Shown piece after piece: positions 9,364 through 19,110 of a stretch of DNA of 64,000 bases (within the stretch, counting starts at the first letter, position 1; the number at the start of each line of letters is the position of its first letter). This DNA is from an uncultured Candidatus Saccharibacteria bacterium (lineage in GTDB: Bacteria > Patescibacteriota > Minisyncoccia > Phycocordibacterales > UBA2100), in assembly GCA_964623775.1 (NCBI GenBank), contig CAZUVH010000004.1:12280-76279 (forward strand), read 5' to 3'. The notes under the pieces are model-generated. The model was not told the DNA's origin. It worked only from the letters and a program-made list of their open reading frames with translations, and searched no databases. The translations under genes and the position numbers were made by a program.

Positions 9364-9675
9364 ATGGTAATCCTTGAAAAAACGAGTAGCGGGGTGACGG
9401 GGATTTTTAAGAAAATTGCAAGCGCAGCCCTCGTGGTATCTGGGTTTGTGCTGATATTTTTCACGACGCATTCAAAATCTTCGGGAGTCACGCAATCGAT
9501 TTACGGTGCGGACGTAGCGCATGCGGATGTACCATCTGGCGACAGCGCAAGCAGCTCAGGCGACGCATCTGGCAGCGGCAGCGGCGCGAGCGATTGCGGC
9601 GGTGGCGGTGACTGCGGAGGTTCTGATGGTTGCGGAGGCTGTGGCGACAGCGGTTCTGATAGTGGGGGGTACTAA
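9364..9675 (+). CDS. Putative RiPP precursor peptide 1
   Basis: Hydrophobic N-region, VAHA|D site, core DVPSGDSASSSGDASGSGSGASDCGGGGDCGGSDGCGGCGDSGSDSGGY. Divergent from YcaO. Confidence 0.8.
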   Translation: MVILEKTSSGVTGIFKKIASAALVVSGFVLIFFTTHSKSSGVTQSIYGADVAHADVPSGDSASSSGDASGSGSGASDCGGGGDCGGSDGCGGCGDSGSDSGGY

Positions 9676-9693
9676 ATCGTGGTGCCGAAAACA

Positions 9694-10806
9694 ATGTCAC
9701 ACATTTTAAGACTTATCGTTTGGTTGCTCGCACTATTAATTCCGATAATAGTCGTTTATGGCGTCTACAACCTCGTTATACTGAAAAGTGCACAACCCGT
9801 TCCCTCTGATTTGGTCCCTATCTTGCAGGCAATCCGAAATGGAAACGAACAAGCCGCCATTGATCTCTACGAGACCATTCAGAATGATCCGAGCAAGAAC
9901 GCCGGTGATAAGGCGCTCGCGACCCTTTATATTTTAAATACGAGCTACAGTTTATCCGGCGACGGCGACGACAGTCTGGAAGAGGTGAAGGCGTTGAAAA
10001 AAATAATCAATGATCCGCTGATAATCAAGAAGGTGCGAGCGGCAGCCGTCAATGTCCTTGGGAATGAGTACAATGTTTCAGGAAAGAATCTAGACGTTGT
10101 CACCGAGATTTACAAAGACGAACCATTTCGCTCATATGAAGTTCCCGGGGATCCGGAACTATCATCCTTGAACCTTCAGAAGTGGTCATACGACATGTTT
10201 CCTTCGTCTGCTGCGGCAATAAGCGTCGCACAGATCGCCTCTGGACGATATTTTTCCCATCCAGATCAGCCGGCGAGCACCACAGCGGCCTACGTGGCTA
10301 TGGCCGAGGATTACCTGGGCAAGGCTGAAGCAGCCGTCATCGAGGAGCTGGAGGGCAATCCTCAGTGGTATGTGGCCAGCCATCGATACATGATATACCG
10401 CTCAATGCGAGCGATCACAATCGGTCGTCTGGCTATAACAAAGGGGGAACCGTACCGCAGTGCATACCGCAGAGAATTCGATGATTTTTTCGCACATGCG
10501 GAGGGGAAGAAAAGCGCCGCAGCAAGTAAAGCAATTCTCAGTACACGCTTTCAGTATGCCAGAGTTCTTGCCGCCGATAAGGACGAGATCAACGAAAAAA
10601 TACAGCTCGACCAGCTGGCGCAAGCACTCAACTCGCTTCAGGATCCCGATAACTATCCTCTCGTACTCCTTTTTAAGAACGAGTATTTAAACCAACCAAC
10701 TGGCCTGACGTGGACCGCTGTAAAACGGATGGCCACAGTATCGCCGGATTTCAAAGTTGCGGTTGAAAGGCTCACTGTTCTGGCTTCGACCCACGCTTCG
10801 CAGTGA
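9694..10806 (+). CDS. Membrane-anchored alpha-helical protein (module gene 4, copy 1)
   Basis: N-terminal TM segment; clear homolog of 18017-19105 (LGxEYxVSG, EIYKD, IASGxYF, VSPD). Confidence 0.85.
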   Translation: MSHILRLIVWLLALLIPIIVVYGVYNLVILKSAQPVPSDLVPILQAIRNGNEQAAIDLYETIQNDPSKNAGDKALATLYILNTSYSLSGDGDDSLEEVKALKKIINDPLIIKKVRAAAVNVLGNEYNVSGKNLDVVTEIYKDEPFRSYEVPGDPELSSLNLQKWSYDMFPSSAAAISVAQIASGRYFSHPDQPASTTAAYVAMAEDYLGKAEAAVIEELEGNPQWYVASHRYMIYRSMRAITIGRLAITKGEPYRSAYRREFDDFFAHAEGKKSAAASKAILSTRFQYARVLAADKDEINEKIQLDQLAQALNSLQDPDNYPLVLLFKNEYLNQPTGLTWTAVKRMATVSPDFKVAVERLTVLASTHASQ

Positions 10807-11615
10807 AAAGTAGGACGATACATATTGCCCGTAAAAAGATCGTCTCGATAGGGGTGATTGTTCTCGTATCTCTCGGAGTTTTGGTTGTGTTGTACCCCGA
10901 GGTCGCGCGCGGAGTATATGAAGTCGTTTCGACACGGTTGTTTCCAAATGCTGATCGTGAATTTGCATACGGCGAACGACATTTTGATACATACAAGCCG
11001 GAAGCGTATAGCATAGACCTTGCCGAATACTTTTTTCGACAGGCGGAGAAGCATGATCCAAAAATCCCGTATCTCTACCATGAAATAGCCCGTGTCGATT
11101 TTCTGAAAGGCAATCTCCATAAGGCGCTTATCGAGATCAATATTCAGATTCAAAGGCACGGAGATAAGACGCCGAATTCGTACTACATTCGCGGGCTGAT
11201 CGAAGGGTACATAGGGGATTATGTCGCTGCGGCGAAGGATTATGAGCGGTATTTACAATTCGACCCGACGAATTGGGCGGCGATCAACGACTACGCGTGG
11301 GTCCTCCTAAAAGCGGAGCGTTATACAGACGCCGAACGAGCGATAGTAAAAGGTCTCACGTATTTCCCCGACAATCCGTGGCTCCTCAACTCGTATGCCA
11401 CAGCGCTCTTTGAGCTTGGAAAACATGAGCGCGCCCTCGTCAGCGCAAAAAAAGCGCAAGAACGGATGCTGCACCTGACGGAAGGAGAGTGGTCGCGCGC
11501 ATATCCCGGGAATGATCCTGAGATTGCAGGGCAGGGAGTATCCACATTCAGGACAGCGGTAGAGGCGAACGTGCGCACTATTGAGGCAGCTATCGCGTCA
11601 AGCACGAAAAAGTAA
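10803..11615 (+). CDS. Membrane-anchored TPR protein (copy 1)
   Basis: TPR-like pattern; PNSYY, NDYAWVLLKA, PxNPWLL and AYPGNDP shared with 19111-19911. Confidence 0.85.
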   Translation: MKSRTIHIARKKIVSIGVIVLVSLGVLVVLYPEVARGVYEVVSTRLFPNADREFAYGERHFDTYKPEAYSIDLAEYFFRQAEKHDPKIPYLYHEIARVDFLKGNLHKALIEINIQIQRHGDKTPNSYYIRGLIEGYIGDYVAAAKDYERYLQFDPTNWAAINDYAWVLLKAERYTDAERAIVKGLTYFPDNPWLLNSYATALFELGKHERALVSAKKAQERMLHLTEGEWSRAYPGNDPEIAGQGVSTFRTAVEANVRTIEAAIASSTKK

Positions 11616-11716
11616 AATACCTCCCCGTTCACTCGGTTTATCAACATCGTGCGCACCGTATAAAAAAAGTATTGATATGATTGGGGTAATAGAGCCGCAC
11701 TCGACCGTATTTTTTT

Positions 11717-13231
11717 ATGCAACATCCTCATACAGCAAAGAGTCGGACGTGGCATCTCGTCCGGCGTCAGCTTGCAGTCGTCGCGGGGTTGAGTATTTTT
11801 GCGTTCGCACTTTTTGTTGGCGTGAACTCTTTCGATGCGCGCCAGACCAACCTTTCTCCCGAGGTCAAATTTACCGATGTCTCCGCGAACGGCATGCAGA
11901 TAGTCCCCGCGTCTTGCCCCTCGTCGCCGCACTATGCGGGTGAGTGCAGTGCTTGTACGATAAGCGCCTCGCCATCGACGATATTAGAAGGTCAAAGTAC
12001 AACATTGACATGGGCAACGCCCGTTCTTGATCCTATATACACGGCCAGCGGATCAATCAGCCCGACCGTCGGCGCCGTTGCAGGATCAGGCAGTACCGCC
12101 GTAACCCCATCTGTCACTACGACATACACATATTCAGGCACTTATTACTTTGGCGGTGCCCCGACGGCGAGTACGTACACGTGTGCGACGACGGTCACGG
12201 TTAATGCGTTACCGCCCGCAGCCGTAACGAATCTTACGGTATCGACCCCTGCACCTGGCACATCGGCGACTCTCACCTGGACGGCTTCTCCTGGGGCAAC
12301 CAACTACTACATCAACGTCAACAACAAAATGAACGCATGGGGGCCAACTCTCTGCAATGGCACAATAAACGACGGCAATACAAATGACCTGTGCTATGCC
12401 TCGACTGCGGGTACATCGTATACATTTCCATACTGTATTCCGGGATCAGATTACTGGGCGGTCGTATACGCAAGTAATTCGGGAGGAACTTCCGCCGGTA
12501 CAGTCATAGATTTCTCTTGTCGACCCGGCCCGGTGACCAACCTTACAGCGTCGTGTCCTGCGCCAGGGACTGCGGCAATCTTGAATTGGACCGCCGTTTC
12601 TGGGGCAACCAACTACTACATCAACGTCAACAACAAAATGAACGCATGGGGGCCAACTCTCTGCAATGGCACAATAAACGACGGCAATACAAATGACCTG
12701 TGCTATGCCTCGACTGCGGGTACATCGTATACATTTCCGTACGGCATCGGAGGATCAGATTACTGGGCGGTCGTATACGCAAGTAATTCGGGAGGAGTTT
12801 CGACCAGTACAGCCGTAGATTTCTCCTGCGTTTCGCCGTGTGCCGACAGTTACTTCTGTCAGGGCAATGATCTCATGCATCAAGATACGGCTTGTAATAA
12901 TACGGTCAGCTTGATATGCAGCTATGGATGTTCAGCCGGCGCGTGCATTGTGCCGAACCCCACGATCAATCTCTCTGTCACGCCACTGCTCCTCCAAAAG
13001 GGTGAGATGTCACAGGTGGTGTGGAGCACTACCGACATGAGCTCTTGCACCGTGACGAGTAACAACGGCGCTTCGTGGAGCGGGCTCTCCGGCTCGCAGA
13101 CCTCGCCGGCGATACAAATGCAAACGATCTTCACTGTCCGCTGTACTTCGGTCATGGATACCACGGTCTCGCAGGCTGCGACAGTCAATATCATCCCGGT
13201 ATTCTGCGAACCGGGGACACCGGAGTGCTAA
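11717..13231 (+). CDS. Secreted Cys/Thr-rich surface protein with a tandem FN3-like domain duplication (copy 1)
   Basis: N-terminal TM segment, two VTNLT...W......Y.I...Y...V.A.N repeats, conserved C-terminus shared with 19923-21548. Confidence 0.85.
   Translation: MQHPHTAKSRTWHLVRRQLAVVAGLSIFAFALFVGVNSFDARQTNLSPEVKFTDVSANGMQIVPASCPSSPHYAGECSACTISASPSTILEGQSTTLTWATPVLDPIYTASGSISPTVGAVAGSGSTAVTPSVTTTYTYSGTYYFGGAPTASTYTCATTVTVNALPPAAVTNLTVSTPAPGTSATLTWTASPGATNYYINVNNKMNAWGPTLCNGTINDGNTNDLCYASTAGTSYTFPYCIPGSDYWAVVYASNSGGTSAGTVIDFSCRPGPVTNLTASCPAPGTAAILNWTAVSGATNYYINVNNKMNAWGPTLCNGTINDGNTNDLCYASTAGTSYTFPYGIGGSDYWAVVYASNSGGVSTSTAVDFSCVSPCADSYFCQGNDLMHQDTACNNTVSLICSYGCSAGACIVPNPTINLSVTPLLLQKGEMSQVVWSTTDMSSCTVTSNNGASWSGLSGSQTSPAIQMQTIFTVRCTSVMDTTVSQAATVNIIPVFCEPGTPEC
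12291..12796 (+). repeat. Intragenic direct repeat, 197 bp x2 (12291-12487 and 12600-12796)
   Basis: Identical except 7 substitutions clustered at 12430-12442; offset 309 bp. Confidence 0.95.
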
Positions 13232-13270
13232 GACTAGAGTCTCGGGGGCAATGATTCGTACAGGAAAGAC

Positions 13271-14905
13271 TCACCGCACCTTTTTCAGGCAATACAATTC
13301 GTTGGCTACCGTGCGCGCAAAAATTGATTTTGTTTTTTCGTTGTACGCAATTTTACTCATGAAGCGCTCACTTGCCTGGAAATAGCCGATCTTTGTGCCG
13401 CACTCAACATCTATTTCATACAGACATCCGTCGTTGGAGCCGAGAAAGAGGGAATCGTCCACAATAGCGGGCGCGCCGAATATCCTCCCACGCGTCTCAA
13501 ATGACCATCGTCTCTTTGATGTCTCGATATCGATCGCATAGAGCGATTTGTCGAGCGAAGCTACGTACACGGTGCCTTCGTGAACGAGGGGTATGGAGTA
13601 GATCGCGGCACCGGTCTCGTATGCATAGAGCGGCTCTCCCGTCTGCGCGGAGAGTGCATACAGCTTTCCGTCCATTGAAGCAAAGAAAATGATTCTTCTT
13701 TTCGGATCGTACGCTGGAGCGACCTTGATATCGCCCCTGGTCGCATAACGCCAGAGCAATTGGCCCGTTTTTGCATCGTACGCATAGCAGATGCCGTCGT
13801 TGCTCCCGATCACGACGATCCCTTCTTCTCGTATATAGAGGGGTGACCCATGGGTGAGTGCGGGGGATTTCTCTTGCCAACGCCTTGCCCCGGTGTGCAT
13901 ATCAAGCGCTACGATCCCACCGCGTTTGCCAAAGAGTCCGAATTCCAAACCGATATAGATGAGGCCGAGATCCGGCGCGAGCGACGGGGAAGAGCCGACC
14001 CAGTCGGCGTCGTCGTAGCGCCATTTTTCCGTGCCTGTCTTCGCGTCGAGTGCGTACACGACGCCGTCATATGCGCCGAAGTACAAGATTCCTTTGTGAA
14101 GCGCGGGAGTCGAAAGAATCCCTTTTCCTTCCGGATATTTTCCTACAGTGAATTCCCAGGCGACCTCGCCACTTCTCTGGTCGAGCGCGCGCATGACGCC
14201 GTCGTCACACCCGAGATACACGAGCGTGTCGTCGATGACCGGTGCGGATTTCTGCACGACGGTATGAAAGCTCGGGTTGGGCCCTGTATATCGCCACACC
14301 GTCTCGAATTCGCTCCCTTTTTCCGGCGGGGTGTTTTTGAGGAGCGGCATCCCGAAATCTTCGAGCGTAAAGAGATTATGTACGGCGACACCCTTCTCTT
14401 CGAATTTTTTGTACGCGTCTTCTGATCTAAACGCGAGAATTGTGAATATATCGGTGACTTTTTTTCCTGTGTCAGCAAGCACGGCCAACTGCTTTTCAAA
14501 TGTAGAGCCTGTATTGATGAGATCGTCGACGAGGACGATCGGATCATCGGTGAGCGTGCCTTCGATCTGACGCATGAGACCCTGGCGTTTGCGCGATTTG
14601 CGGATATAAAAACCATTGACGGGGGTCCCGCGCTCGACTCCTTTCATCACGATCGCAGAGACGAGCGAGATCGCGGCCGTTTCCATTGCGCCGACCTGAA
14701 AGGGGAGCTTCGGGGCGTACAGTTCCCAAAAAATCTCGGCATATCGATTGAGCCACTGCGGCTGGAGCATGAGCGCGCGGAAATCGAACAACCAATCCTC
14801 ACGTCTTCCCGACTGCTCGGATGCGACGATGACCGCCCCCGATTCTCTTTTTACGAGGACTACGGACTCTATTGCCTGTCGTAGATCGTCGTATTTTTTT
14901 TTCAT
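13271..14905 (-). CDS. Orotate phosphoribosyltransferase-like domain fused to a PQQ-like beta-propeller
   Basis: FYIRKSRKRQG..IEG and VLVDDLINTGST PRTase motifs, then repeated YALDAKTGxxxW blades. Confidence 0.85.
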   Translation of the reverse strand: MKKKYDDLRQAIESVVLVKRESGAVIVASEQSGRREDWLFDFRALMLQPQWLNRYAEIFWELYAPKLPFQVGAMETAAISLVSAIVMKGVERGTPVNGFYIRKSRKRQGLMRQIEGTLTDDPIVLVDDLINTGSTFEKQLAVLADTGKKVTDIFTILAFRSEDAYKKFEEKGVAVHNLFTLEDFGMPLLKNTPPEKGSEFETVWRYTGPNPSFHTVVQKSAPVIDDTLVYLGCDDGVMRALDQRSGEVAWEFTVGKYPEGKGILSTPALHKGILYFGAYDGVVYALDAKTGTEKWRYDDADWVGSSPSLAPDLGLIYIGLEFGLFGKRGGIVALDMHTGARRWQEKSPALTHGSPLYIREEGIVVIGSNDGICYAYDAKTGQLLWRYATRGDIKVAPAYDPKRRIIFFASMDGKLYALSAQTGEPLYAYETGAAIYSIPLVHEGTVYVASLDKSLYAIDIETSKRRWSFETRGRIFGAPAIVDDSLFLGSNDGCLYEIDVECGTKIGYFQASERFMSKIAYNEKTKSIFARTVANELYCLKKVR

Positions 14906-14920
14906 ACCGCGTGCTATTTT

Positions 14921-14984
14921 TTGCGGCTCGCGAGAGTTCGAAATGAAAGCTCGTTTTCATTTCGTTCGAGCGAAGACGCAAAAA
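14921..14984 (-). repeat. 64-bp palindromic intergenic element, copy A
   Basis: Reverse complement matches 30907-30970 at 54/64 positions without gaps. Confidence 0.85.
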
Positions 14985-15047
14985 AGGTTTAAATCTTTAT
15001 AGCATGAGGCATACACATGTGTAATGCCCTGTTTCTGTCTCATACAC

Positions 15048-15081
15048 AAAAAAAGACCGCCCTATGCAAATGGGGCGGTCT
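15048..15081 (-). terminator. Intrinsic terminator
   Basis: AGACCGCCC/GGGCGGTCT stem with a T-tract on the minus strand after 15100-15345. Confidence 0.75.
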
Positions 15082-15099
15082 GAAAGTTCTTAGGAAGAT

Positions 15100-15345
15100 T
15101 TATTTGCAGGGTGGTCGGATCCTGCAGCTAAACGGGCCGTTCTCGCCGATACCGTTCCAGTTGCAGGTGCTCTTGCACGTCCTGTAGGCAACCCCACAGT
15201 CCGGTGAGGGCATTTTGGCCGCCCGACGTGCCTCGCACGTCGATTTGCCTGCCTCACACGAGGGAATTGTATTGCAGAACTGCGCTGACGCAGGGGACGC
15301 CACCACCACGGCAGCAACGAACATCGTCGCAAGAAGTACACGCAT
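15100..15345 (-). CDS. Small secreted 8-Cys protein
   Basis: Signal peptide ending ASA, 8 Cys in the 60-aa mature part, SD AGGAAGGAG, terminator. Confidence 0.75.
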   Translation of the reverse strand: MRVLLATMFVAAVVVASPASAQFCNTIPSCEAGKSTCEARRAAKMPSPDCGVAYRTCKSTCNWNGIGENGPFSCRIRPPCK

Positions 15346-15441
15346 GTCTCGCTCCTTCCTATCGCACGCATTTTGCGCACGATCTCTAATGCAGATTAGA
15401 CCCTTTTAGGGGCACAAGTCAATTTTTTTGCGCCGGCAGCT

Positions 15442-16152
15442 TCATCCTTTGCACACGGTGATCGTATGCACCGTTTGCTCCTCACTTTCGTCGAGATCAA
15501 GAAGCTCCGCAATGCGCTCATCATTAAATCCGGCAAAAGGTCGAAGGTTGAGCCCGAGCGCGTTCCCGACGAGGAGGATATTTTCGCCCATGTGACCTGC
15601 TTCCAGAAGCGCTACCGTGTACGTGAAATCCCCGTATTTTGTGGAGGAGCGTCTCCATACGCTCGTAAAAACGAGAAGCATTGAAGGGGGAAGTGACTCA
15701 GGATATGCGGCAAGCTGTTTTAGATCGTAGTCCTCGGGAAGGCTCCAGAGGCACTCGAGCGCATGATCGCTCGGATTGTAGTGAAATACTGCTGGTGCCT
15801 GTGATTCGAGTGCAGTCGATACGAGGTACGTTTCGATTGGATAGAGCGCGCCTCCCGAAGGGTAGTTGCGATTTACGGAATTTGGTCGCCTCTGTAGCGA
15901 CCCGAGCAACGTGCCGCATTCTTGCAGAGTGAGAGGCGCGCACGTATTTCCTCCAAAAGACGAATGACGGTGTGTGATAGCGTCCTGTAAATCCACACCG
16001 AGTTTCGCCGGCTTCGGAAGCGGGATCTGCTTCATGCGAGCGTAGCGTTTGTGCATCCCCGTGGGCACGTCTTCGGTACGGTGCGTGGCGCCTCGATGCG
16101 TCAGAAGTGTGCGACGCAAATCTGTATGCAGGTGAGATAAAAATGATGTCAT
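15442..16152 (-). CDS. SagB/ThcOx-family dehydrogenase (copy 2)
   Basis: RNYPSGGALYPIE, LLEAGH; paralog of 7063-7815. Confidence 0.9.
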   Translation of the reverse strand: MTSFLSHLHTDLRRTLLTHRGATHRTEDVPTGMHKRYARMKQIPLPKPAKLGVDLQDAITHRHSSFGGNTCAPLTLQECGTLLGSLQRRPNSVNRNYPSGGALYPIETYLVSTALESQAPAVFHYNPSDHALECLWSLPEDYDLKQLAAYPESLPPSMLLVFTSVWRRSSTKYGDFTYTVALLEAGHMGENILLVGNALGLNLRPFAGFNDERIAELLDLDESEEQTVHTITVCKG

Positions 16153-17588
16153 AAGAAAGGGTGCGGTCTCTCTCCAAACGGTTTTTTGCGCGGCGTATAC
16201 CCAAGTGCTTTTGGAACGTCATGCCACCTGTCACCGCCGAATTGTTGCACTGATTCATTGAGATATGTCGGCTGGAGCTCGGGAATCACCATCATCTCTA
16301 TGTGCAAGTGCGTTGGGTTTTTTTCTGAAGAAGTGAGAGGGACTGAAATACACTCGTAATCCTTATCCTTGCACCACTTAATAATCCTCTGCAAGTGCTC
16401 TTTCGTCGAGTCATTATCCCATGGACTCTTTTGGATCTCGATTTCCGGACCCTGCACCATAAATTCCAGGTGCTTGGAATGTTCGGGCACTGCCCAGTAG
16501 TAGACACGATCCATGTGGCCTATTTTCTCGATTGGAGTGCTCACGTCCCACTGGTTGCCCGCACTCATCCATTGTCTGCATAAACGATTCGCTCGGATTG
16601 CCTCAGCCATGGCTTTTTCGATGGCATGGGTGAGAGAGGTGTGAGCATTGAGGCCTATCGTGAAGCGGGGCGCGTTTCCCGATACATCCTCCATAATGAC
16701 CGCTACAGCATGGACTGGTGCATCTGTCGGTAGTTGAATTACGTGTGTCCTGAATTGATATCGCTCGCAGAGCGCGACCGCGCGCCTGAGAGTTTGCGAC
16801 TGTGCGAGTAGTGGAGAAAGTGCGATGCGGGGAAGTGTCAGCTGGTTGAACCACATGATCATGTACGCATCCCGTTCGATAAGCTCAAGCACCCCCCCAA
16901 GCCGGGCCCCGTTTTGTGTCGGCCATGTCGCAAGCCCGTTGGTGTTTCGCTGGCGGATAAGAGGTTCCTCTTTGGAACCCTGCCAATTAAGCGACGAACA
17001 GCTCACTGTCTGCGCTGGGATGTAGACAGAGCCTCCCTGTGTAAGGGATGTGCCCTGTATCCAGAGGTACTCTGCGTCGGGACGGAGGCGACGTCGGGGG
17101 TACTTTTCGCGCTGTTCGTTTGTAAAGCCCACAAAACTTTGCGGAGCTACGTGCCGTCCGTACTCAGCTATTTGTTCAGTAGTTGCCCGGACCTTACCAG
17201 TGAAATAGTCATCTTGAGTAAACCAGATGTAACGCTCAAGAGCCTCCGCAAGTGCCGCATACAAGGCGCCCTGGTCACTATCCCAGGAATAGCCGTTTGC
17301 CATGTGGTCTGTGGTGTCGTTGCATATGGCATACCATCCCCACATGCGCGGATCATCGGGACTATACGAGACTCTCCCGAGAGATTGTATGACACCAGCC
17401 TCTTTTAAAAGGGTGGCGAGTCTGAGCGGCTCTTCTAGGTCTGGGCGGGAAAAGGGGATATTGCGTAGATCCTTCACTATTTTGACGCCAAGATTTTTTT
17501 CCATGTAATCCGTCAGGGTTCTTCGCGCTCTGCTTCGTATATCGGCGCTCTCCAGTGTGTCGCGGTAGGGCACCGCATCGAAAATCAT
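16149..17588 (-). CDS. YcaO-family cyclodehydratase (copy 2)
   Basis: EALERY, NTNGLA, LELIERDA, C-terminal RPHPFL. Start MIFDAVP at 17588 by homology, with TGCTATAAT upstream. Confidence 0.92.
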   Translation of the reverse strand: MIFDAVPYRDTLESADIRSRARRTLTDYMEKNLGVKIVKDLRNIPFSRPDLEEPLRLATLLKEAGVIQSLGRVSYSPDDPRMWGWYAICNDTTDHMANGYSWDSDQGALYAALAEALERYIWFTQDDYFTGKVRATTEQIAEYGRHVAPQSFVGFTNEQREKYPRRRLRPDAEYLWIQGTSLTQGGSVYIPAQTVSCSSLNWQGSKEEPLIRQRNTNGLATWPTQNGARLGGVLELIERDAYMIMWFNQLTLPRIALSPLLAQSQTLRRAVALCERYQFRTHVIQLPTDAPVHAVAVIMEDVSGNAPRFTIGLNAHTSLTHAIEKAMAEAIRANRLCRQWMSAGNQWDVSTPIEKIGHMDRVYYWAVPEHSKHLEFMVQGPEIEIQKSPWDNDSTKEHLQRIIKWCKDKDYECISVPLTSSEKNPTHLHIEMMVIPELQPTYLNESVQQFGGDRWHDVPKALGYTPRKKPFGERPHPFL

Positions 17589-17690
17589 AGCGAGATTATA
17601 GCAGCATCCACGCTGTCCGATACATTTTGCGACTATCCACCGAATGTCATTGATGCATGGTCGCGTTCTTGTAATAATGTACACATCTGT

Positions 17691-17993
17691 ATGGCCATCA
17701 TTGAAAAGACAAGAAGCGGTGTACGAACCTTTTTTGAAAAAATCGGACAAGTGGGACTTATCACCGTTGGACTCGTGTCGCTCTTTTTTGCCCCTCATCC
17801 TAAATCATCCGATGTCGCACAATCAGGCGAGCATCTATTTGGTGCCGGCGTCGCGCATGCAGACGCGCCCTCAGGAGATTCGGCAAGCAGCGCCAGTGGC
17901 GATGCTGGCTGTGGTACCGGCGGCTGCGGTGCCGGCAGCAGCGATAGCGGTGGCGGCAGCGATAGTGGCTGCGGCTGCGGTGGGTGCTACTGA
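17691..17993 (+). CDS. Putative RiPP precursor peptide 2
   Basis: Leader homologous to precursor 1, VAHA|D site, core DAPSGDSASSASGDAGCGTGGCGAGSSDSGGGSDSGCGCGGCY. Confidence 0.82.
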   Translation: MAIIEKTRSGVRTFFEKIGQVGLITVGLVSLFFAPHPKSSDVAQSGEHLFGAGVAHADAPSGDSASSASGDAGCGTGGCGAGSSDSGGGSDSGCGCGGCY

Positions 17994-18016
17994 GTTGAAC
18001 AAATTTAATCTTACCC

Positions 18017-19105
18017 ATGTTGCATACTACAAAACTGATCAGTTGGCTCGCTGGACTATTGCTTGTTGGGACGCTTTTTTACACGGTCAGTTATTTTTCT
18101 GGCACTCTGCGATCAAAAAGCGACGCGCCTTTCTATACAGTAGATCTTCTTACCGCAAAAGCAGGGGGCGATAACGTGGTGGCACTGGCACAATACCGTG
18201 CAATTCAAGATGATCCCAGGAAAACAAGCGAGGAAAAAGCGCTTGCCGAACTTCTCATCGTCGGCGCTGAGTTCAGCCAGACAGGTGATGTGAAAGCTCG
18301 ATTGCGTGAAATTCAGAAGATGAAAGAAATTTCAATGGACGCCTCGCTTTCTGCAGGTGTCCGCGCAACAGCGATGGCGATTCTTGGCAGCGAATACAGC
18401 GTGTCTGGCAATGATCCGGTTGTCTTTGCCGAAATCTACAAGGACCCACCTTTTGATTCGTATCTTGTGCCAAATGATCCCCACCTCTCGGCGCTCAATA
18501 TAGAGAAAGCGTCGTACGCTATAGTGCCCACGCCCGTCGCTGCCGTGAAAATTGCTCACATCGCATCTGGCCAGTATTTTGCCAATCCAAATCAGTCGGC
18601 AAGTACTAGGGCAGCCCATATTGCCATGACAGAGGAGTATATCAATAAAGCCGATGTGGCTGTGATGAGAGAGATACGCGGGGCCGGCTATACAGAAGGT
18701 GATCGATATATGTTTTATCGCGCACTGCGGGCGGTCAGTATCGGCCAACTGGCGGCCGCGAAAGGACAGCTCGAGGGGGGCGCTTATCGCAAGGAATTTG
18801 AAGACTTTTTCACGCTTGCGCAGTCGAAGAAAAGTTTTGCTGCAAAAAATTCACTCCTGAACGTTCGTTATGAGTATGCTTCGATTCTTGCGGCAGATGA
18901 GGATACTGCAGCCGAAAAAGCACAGCTTGATCTGCTCGCCCGGGAATTGAACGAGCTTCCCAATCCCAAAATCTACACCCTTGTTTTGCTCTTAAGAAAC
19001 GAGCACACGTATCGCCCCACGGGTCCGGTCTGGGTTGCGACAGAAAAAATGTTTAAAGTATCGCCGGATCTTAAGGCTGCGGTTAACAAGATCATCGCGT
19101 CCTGA
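18017..19105 (+). CDS. Membrane-anchored alpha-helical protein (copy 2)
   Basis: Paralog of 9694-10806. Confidence 0.85.
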   Translation: MLHTTKLISWLAGLLLVGTLFYTVSYFSGTLRSKSDAPFYTVDLLTAKAGGDNVVALAQYRAIQDDPRKTSEEKALAELLIVGAEFSQTGDVKARLREIQKMKEISMDASLSAGVRATAMAILGSEYSVSGNDPVVFAEIYKDPPFDSYLVPNDPHLSALNIEKASYAIVPTPVAAVKIAHIASGQYFANPNQSASTRAAHIAMTEEYINKADVAVMREIRGAGYTEGDRYMFYRALRAVSIGQLAAAKGQLEGGAYRKEFEDFFTLAQSKKSFAAKNSLLNVRYEYASILAADEDTAAEKAQLDLLARELNELPNPKIYTLVLLLRNEHTYRPTGPVWVATEKMFKVSPDLKAAVNKIIAS

Positions 19106-19110
19106 CCACA

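Noticed and set aside
12291-12796. Diversity-generating retroelement TR/VR pair
   Set aside because: Mismatches are not adenine-specific on either strand, both copies are in-frame domain repeats, and no reverse transcriptase is present.
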